Origin: Candidatus Eiseniibacteriota bacterium
Lineage (GTDB): Bacteria > Eisenbacteria > RBG-16-71-46 > DASYSL01
Length of the DNA: 40,582 bases
Assembly (NCBI GenBank): GCA_031431875.1
Contig: JANPEF010000058.1
Location: 1-40,582 of the forward strand
Direction of reading: 5' to 3'
Position 1 is the stretch's first letter, and the number at the start of each line of letters is the position of its first letter. Below, piece after piece: positions 27,601-40,582 of this stretch. Position numbers and translations under genes: made by a program. Below the pieces are notes generated by a model that saw only the letters and a list, made by a program, of their open reading frames with translations, had not been told where the DNA came from and searched no databases.

Positions 27601-28041
27601 GCAGGGCACGGCGGTGCAGGTGGCCCCCGGTTTCGGTCGCGTGGAGCGGCACCTCACCACGCAGCTGGCCAGCGGCGAGCTGACGTGGCTGCCGGCGGCC
27701 GCGTGGCGCGTGGGCGTGCTCGGCAGCCTCGACCGCGCCGAACTGGCAGACGACGCGGCGGATCCATCGCGCGTCGTGCGCGTCGGGCCGCGCGTGACGT
27801 GGACGCAGGGCGGGCGCTGGCGCGTCGAGACGCTGGTGCGCCACGCCTGGATCGGCGGGGGTTCCGTGCCGGCGCTCGTGCCGAGCGGCTTTCCGGTGTT
27901 CCCGGACACCTGGGACTACACGCTCGAGACCAGCGTGCGCGTGCGCGAGCGGGTCAGCATCGTCCTGGGCGGCAATGGGCGCAAGCCCGTCGATCGCCCG
28001 TTCGTGCACACCGGGCGCGCCGAGCTCAGGGCCGCGTTCTG

Positions 28042-28042
<1 letters not shown>
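24599..28042 (+). CDS. Large (1147 aa) exported, probable outer-membrane beta-barrel protein of unknown function
   Basis: GTGA overlap with the NHL gene and a signal peptide. Conserved-looking block GTKSVALDFGSSRD...QSLDLNVHGRL...LSDRNTPLTTEGGTRELAELDRILLE...GDW...KGRF...GSEGLQGPY...GSEEVWLDG...DYSMDYERGTITF. Many amphipathic beta-strands; ends GRAELRAAF. Confidence 0.75.
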
Positions 28043-34115
<6,073 letters not shown>

Positions 34116-34119
<4 letters not shown>

Positions 34120-35653
34120 TCGAAGTCGACGGACGGAGCCTCACGCTCGATGCGCTCGAGGCGTTCGCGCGCGGACGCAAGGCCGCCCGGCTCGCCGACG
34201 CCGCCCGCCCCGGCCTCGCGGCATCGCGCGCGGTAGTCGACCGCGCCGTCGCTGCCGGCGCTCCGGTCTACGGCGTCAATACCGGCTTCGGCGAGCTCAA
34301 GAACCGCCGCGTCGCCGACGCCGACCTGGCTCGCCTGCAGTTGAATCTCCTGCGGAGTCATGCCGCGGGCACCGGCCCCGCGCTGCCTGACGACGTCGTC
34401 CGGGCGATGGGGCTGCTGCGCGCGAACTCGCTGGCCATGGGGGTGAGCGGCGTCCGCGCGGAGCTGATCGAGAGCCTGCTCGCGATGCTCGATGCGGGGG
34501 TCGTTCCGCGCGTGCCCGCCCAGGGCTCTGTCGGGGCGAGCGGGGACCTGGCGCCGCTGGCGCACTTCGCGCTGGTGCTGGTGGGCGAGGGTCGTGCTCG
34601 CCTGAAAGGCGAGGAGATGTCCGGGTCGGAAGCTCTATCCGCGGCGGGGCTCGCGCCGTACGTGCTCGGCCCCAAGGAGGGCCTCGCACTCATCAATGGC
34701 ACGCAGATGTCGACCGCCGTTCTGGCGCTCACCCTGGTCGATGCGGGATGCGTGTTCCGCGCCGCCCTCGGCGCCTGCGCGCTCTCGCTCGAGGGCTTCC
34801 TCGGTTCGACCCGGGCGTTCGATTCCCGGGTCCTCGCCGTCCGCCCGCATCCGGGTGCGGTTGCGGTGGCCGAGGCGTTGCGCGGGCTCGTCGCCGGAAG
34901 CGGGCTCATGGCCTCGCACGCCGATTGTGACCGCATCCAGGATCCCTATTCGCTGCGCTGCGCGCCGCAGGTGCTCGGCGCTTCGCTCGATGCGCTCGAC
35001 TACGCGCGCGGCGTCGTGGAACGTGAGCTGAACGCCGCGACCGACAATCCCCTGGTGTTCGCCGACGGCGAGGTCATCTCGGCCGGAAACTTCCACGCGC
35101 AACCCGTCGGCATGGTCGCGGATCATGTCGCCGCGGCGTTGGCCGAGGTCGCCTCCATCGCCGAGCGGCGCGTCGACCTGCTGCTTGACGCGAAGCGCTC
35201 GGGAGGCCTGCCCGCGTTCCTCACCGCGAGCCCGGGCCTCGATTCGGGCCTCATGATCGTCCAGTACGCGGCGGCCGCGCTCGTCTCCGAGAACAAGACG
35301 CAGTGCTTCCCGGCCACGGTCGACTCGATCCCGACATCGGCCGGGATCGAGGATCATGTTTCCATGGCTCCCATCGCGGCGCGCAAGGCGCGGCGCGTCC
35401 TGCAGAACACGGCGCGTGTCGTGGCGTGTGAGCTGGTGGCCGCCGCGCAGGCGGTGGAGTTCCGTGTCGCGGCCGCGGGCGGTGCGGGCTCGGGCGCCGG
35501 CACCGCTGCATTGCTCGCCGCTGTGCGCGCGCGCGTGCCGCATGTCGACGAAGATCGACCGCTCGGCGACTCGATCGAGGCGCTGTCGCTGGACATCATG
35601 GCCGGCGCGTTCGATCCCGTGCTGGCGCCCCGCCTGCCGGCCGGAGTTCGCGC

Positions 35654-35657
<4 letters not shown>
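34116..35657 (+). CDS. hutH: Histidine ammonia-lyase
   Basis: Motifs VYGVNTGFG, the MIO-forming [41 protein letters not shown] and EDHVSM. Confidence 0.97.
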
Positions 35658-37347
<1,690 letters not shown>

Positions 37348-37351
<4 letters not shown>

Positions 37352-38640
37352 AGCGCACGCCCTGCGATGGCGCGATCATCCACGCCGGCGAACTGGTCGT
37401 CGGCCTCGCGCCGGGCTCGCCGCCGATCGGCCCCGGCCTGACGCTGGAGCGCTACCCCAACGGCGCGGTCGCGTGGCTCGACGGCGAGATCGTCGACGCA
37501 GGGCCCACCGACGAGGTGCTGTCGGAGTGGGAGCCACTCGAAGTCGATGATGCCGCCGGTCGCCTGGTCACGGCCGGGCTGGTCGACGCCCACACGCACC
37601 TGGTCTTCGGCGGGGATCGCGCGGACGAGTTCGCCCAGCGATTGGGTGGGCGTTCCTACGAGGAGATCGCGAGTGCGGGCGGCGGGATTCTCGCTTCGGT
37701 GCGCGCGACGCGCGCACTTCATGCCGACGCGATGTTCGAGCGCGCCTGCGCAACAGCGTTCCGCATGCTCGGCTGCGGCACCACCACGATCGAGGCGAAG
37801 TCCGGATACGAGCTGTCGTACGAGGGCGAGCTCGCCGTGCTCGAGATCGGACATCGCGTGGCCAAGGCCACCTGGCTCGACGTGATCGGGACGGCGCTCT
37901 CGGCGCACGTCGTTCCACCCGAGTACGCGGGACGTCGCGCCGCCTATATCGAGGACGTGTGCGTCCCCGTCGCCGTCGAGGCGCAGGACCGCGGTCACGC
38001 GCGCTTCGTCGATTGCTTCGTTGAGCAGGGCGCGTTCACGCCGGACGATGCGCGCCGGCTTGCGGAGGCGGCCGAGAGCGCGCACCTTGGCCTGCGGTTG
38101 CACGTGGATCAGCTGCGGGATGGTGGGGGTGCGCTGCTCGCGGCCGAGCTGGGCGCGGCGTCGGCAGATCATCTCGATTACGCGCATGAGGACGGGATCC
38201 GGGCGATGGCGCGGGCGGGGACGGTGGCGGTGTTGCTGCCGGGCGCGACTTTGACGATGGGTGGACCATTGCCGCCCCTGGCCGCGCTGCGGCGATTCGG
38301 CGTGCCGACGGCCATTGCCACGGACTGGAATCCGGGGACGTCGACCGTGGACTCGCTGGTGCTGTGCCTCGCGCTCGCCGCCCGTCTTTACAAGATGACA
38401 CCGGAAGAGGTGTTTGTTGGCGCGACTGAGGCCGCGGCCCGCTCGCTGCGCCGTGCCGGCCGCATCGGCTGCTTGCGCCCGGGCGCCGATTCCGACGTCG
38501 TCATCTGGGACGTCGATCGCGTCGGGATGCTCGCCTACCACTTCGGCCCCACGTGGGCCGCGACCGTGTACAAGAAGGGGCGGCGGGTCTTCGGGCCGGA
38601 TCCCGAACATGCGACCCAGGGCTGGATGGGGGCGGTGTGA
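37348..38640 (+). CDS. hutI: Imidazolonepropionase
   Basis: ATGA overlap. Motifs [52 protein letters not shown] and ATDWNPG. Confidence 0.95.
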
Positions 38641-38867
38641 GGGGGGGGCGAGGCGCGCCTTGCGGACCGAGTCGCGGCTTGCGCAGTTGACTGTTCCCGG
38701 AACGATGAAGACGGGTTCAATCGCGCTCGCTCGCTCGAGGAGCGGATCTTGTCGCCAACGAAAACTGCCCAATTGACTCGCTCCGGGACGAGTTGAGAGT
38801 CCAGTTCCAACACGAGTCGTACCGTGCTGCTGTCCTGCATGTTAGAGCATCGCAACATGTTCTTGCG

Positions 38868-38902
38868 TCCGCCCAGGCGGACGGCCTCCGCCCCGGCGGA
38901 CG
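38868..38902. repeat. Tandem pair of 16-bp palindromic repeats in the ftcD leader
   Basis: TCCGCCCAGGCGGACG (38868-38883) and TCCGCCCCGGCGGACG (38887-38902) are 15/16 identical; each contains TCCGCC-N2-GGCGGA. Confidence 0.6.
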
Positions 38903-38974
38903 CGTCGCGCCTGGGCTGAAGCTCAGAAGCACTGCCGTCCCCCTGAACCTCGACCCAGCGAAAGGACTCCCCGG

Positions 38975-40513
38975 ATGCCCCGCATCGTCGAATGTGTCCC
39001 CAATTTCAGCGAGGGCCGAGATGGCGCGCTCGTCGAGGCGCTGGTCGCGGCAGCCTCCGCCGTACCCGGCGTCGTCCTGCTCGACTCCGAGATGGACGCC
39101 GATCACAACCGATCGGTGGTCACGTTCGCCGGCGAGCCGGAGGCGGTCGTCGAAGCGGCATTTCAGGCGATCCGTCTGGCGACGACAAGGATCGACCTGA
39201 CGAAGCACAGCGGCCAGCACCCGCGCATGGGGGCGACCGACGTCGTGCCGTTCGTGCCGATCGAGGGGATCACGCTGGAAGAGTGTGCCGAGCTTGCGAG
39301 GCAGTTGGGTCAACGCGTCGGCGAAGAGCTCCAACTTCCCGTCTTCCTCTACGAGGCGGCAAGAACGAAGCCCGAGCGTGAGAACCTGGCCGATGTCCGC
39401 CGCGGCGAGTTCGAGGGACTCCGCGAGCTGATCGGCAAGGACACGACGAAAACACCCGACTTCGGCCCCAATGCGATCCATCCCACCGCCGGCGCGGTCG
39501 CCATCGGCGCGCGGCGGCCGCTGGTCGCGTTCAACGCGAACCTCGCGACGGCCGACGTCAGCATCGCGAAGCGAATTGCCAAGGCGATCCGCTTCGGGGA
39601 TGGCGGGCTGCGCTACGTGAAGGCGCTCGGGTTCTCGATCCGCGAGGGCAAGCAGGCGCAGGTGTCGATGAACCTGGTGAACACCGACGGCACGCCGATC
39701 CACCGGGTGCTGGCCCTCATCGACGACGAGGCGAAACGCTGGGGAACCTACGTCACCGGGTGCGAAGTCGTGGGGCTCGTGCCCCAGGCGGCGCTGCTCG
39801 ATGCGGCCGAGCATCACCTGCGGCTCGAGAACTTTCGGCGCGACCAGGTGCTCGAGATCCGGATGAAGACGCCGCCGGTGAGCGAGGGCCTGCCGCTCGG
39901 CGGCTTCCTCGACCAGGTGGCAGCCGGGACGCCGACGCCGGGGGGCGGCACGGTCGCCGCACTGGCCGGGGCGCTCGGGGCGGCGCTGGCCGCGATGGTG
40001 GCCGGGTTGACCCGCGGGAAGAAGAAGTACGCCGCGGTCGAGGCCGAGATGGCGGAGGCTCTGAAGGAGGCGACCGCGCTGCGGGCCAGGCTCGTGGCCC
40101 TGATGCGCGAGGATGCCCGGGCGTTCGACGGGGTCATGGTGGCCTTCAGGCTTCCGCAGGCGACGGCGGAGGAAGCGACCGCCCGGGAGAAGGCCATCGA
40201 AACCGCCACCTGGGCGGCGACCCGGACGCCACTCGAGACGGCCGAGGCCTGCGCCGAGGTGGCCCGCTGGGGCGCGATCCTGGTCGCAAAAGGAAACGTC
40301 AACGCAGCCTCGGACGGACTGGTGGCCGCGGTCCTCGGGGGCGCGGCGGTCGAAGGAGCCCTGGCCAACGTGCAAATCAACCTGCAGAACCTTGCGGACT
40401 CGGCCGATAAGCAGGCCGTGATCCTTCGCGCCGCCGAACTTGCGCGTCGGGTCGATCTTTCCCTGTCGGAGGCCCGTTCGGCCTTCCGGACCGCGACGGA
40501 ACGCACCGCCTGA
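38975..40513 (+). CDS. ftcD: Bifunctional glutamate formimidoyltransferase / formimidoyltetrahydrofolate cyclodeaminase
   Basis: Transferase domain: IVECVPNFSEGRD, DADHNRSV, HPRMGATDVVPFVP, GARRPLVAFN, QVSMNL. Fused cyclodeaminase domain: TPTPGGG.VAA, GN.NA.SD, NVQINL. AAAGGA RBS. Confidence 0.95.
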   Translation: MPRIVECVPNFSEGRDGALVEALVAAASAVPGVVLLDSEMDADHNRSVVTFAGEPEAVVEAAFQAIRLATTRIDLTKHSGQHPRMGATDVVPFVPIEGITLEECAELARQLGQRVGEELQLPVFLYEAARTKPERENLADVRRGEFEGLRELIGKDTTKTPDFGPNAIHPTAGAVAIGARRPLVAFNANLATADVSIAKRIAKAIRFGDGGLRYVKALGFSIREGKQAQVSMNLVNTDGTPIHRVLALIDDEAKRWGTYVTGCEVVGLVPQAALLDAAEHHLRLENFRRDQVLEIRMKTPPVSEGLPLGGFLDQVAAGTPTPGGGTVAALAGALGAALAAMVAGLTRGKKKYAAVEAEMAEALKEATALRARLVALMREDARAFDGVMVAFRLPQATAEEATAREKAIETATWAATRTPLETAEACAEVARWGAILVAKGNVNAASDGLVAAVLGGAAVEGALANVQINLQNLADSADKQAVILRAAELARRVDLSLSEARSAFRTATERTA

Positions 40514-40538
40514 CCTGCTGCGAGGCGGGGGGGACGGC

Positions 40539-40582
40539 TTGGAAAAGACTCTCGAAATCAAGCGCAAGGCCCAGCGATTCGT
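40539..40582 (+). CDS. Start of a further ORF running off the right edge (unknown product)
   Basis: A G-rich RBS-like run, then TTG GAA AAG ACT CTC GAA ATC AAG CGC AAG GCC CAG CGA TTC (MEKTLEIKRKAQRF...). Too short to assign. Confidence 0.4.
   Translation, partial: MEKTLEIKRKAQRF

Noticed and set aside
38641..38648. G8 homopolymer (also G7 at 40527-40533) as a phase-variation tract
   Set aside because: The tracts are short, intergenic and unremarkable at this GC content.
38902..38918. Firm call of a ZTP (pfl) riboswitch from CGCCTGGGC
   Set aside because: The upstream GACTGRCG and the GTGG/CCAC stem are not visible, so it is kept only as an untested possibility.

Overview
A very GC-rich (roughly 70%+ by eye), densely coding bacterial chromosome segment with about 23 genes. 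I see no rRNA, tRNA, CRISPR array, transposase, integrase or phage gene. From left to right it carries: a partial ExeA-type AAA ATPase and pyrE (both minus strand); a secreted S8 protease with FG-GAP repeats and an FlgD/T9SS-like C-terminal domain (CTD); a sigma54-driven Fn3 lipoprotein; an M23 peptidase, dnaE and accA; and a ~17 kb envelope cluster. That cluster runs Trm112-like, PorU-like C25 sortase, PorV-like barrel, M6-like metalloprotease with CTD, two paralogous DUF5683-like proteins, an NHL propeller, a 1147-aa probable outer-membrane protein and a three-POTRA Omp85. After it come ligA-dinG-hutH-hutU-hutI, fused ftcD and the start of one more ORF. PorU/PorV plus FlgD-type CTDs at this GC content suggest a non-Bacteroidota FCB-group lineage such as Ca. 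Eisenbacteria or relatives; this is inference and was not checked by search. The best candidate for an under-described system is the divergent type IX-like sorting cluster, especially the large-barrel/Omp85 pair. Regulatory oddities include a perfect sigma54 promoter with candidate enhancer palindromes, two apparently leaderless genes and a probable CTG start. All family assignments come from motif recognition, not database searches.
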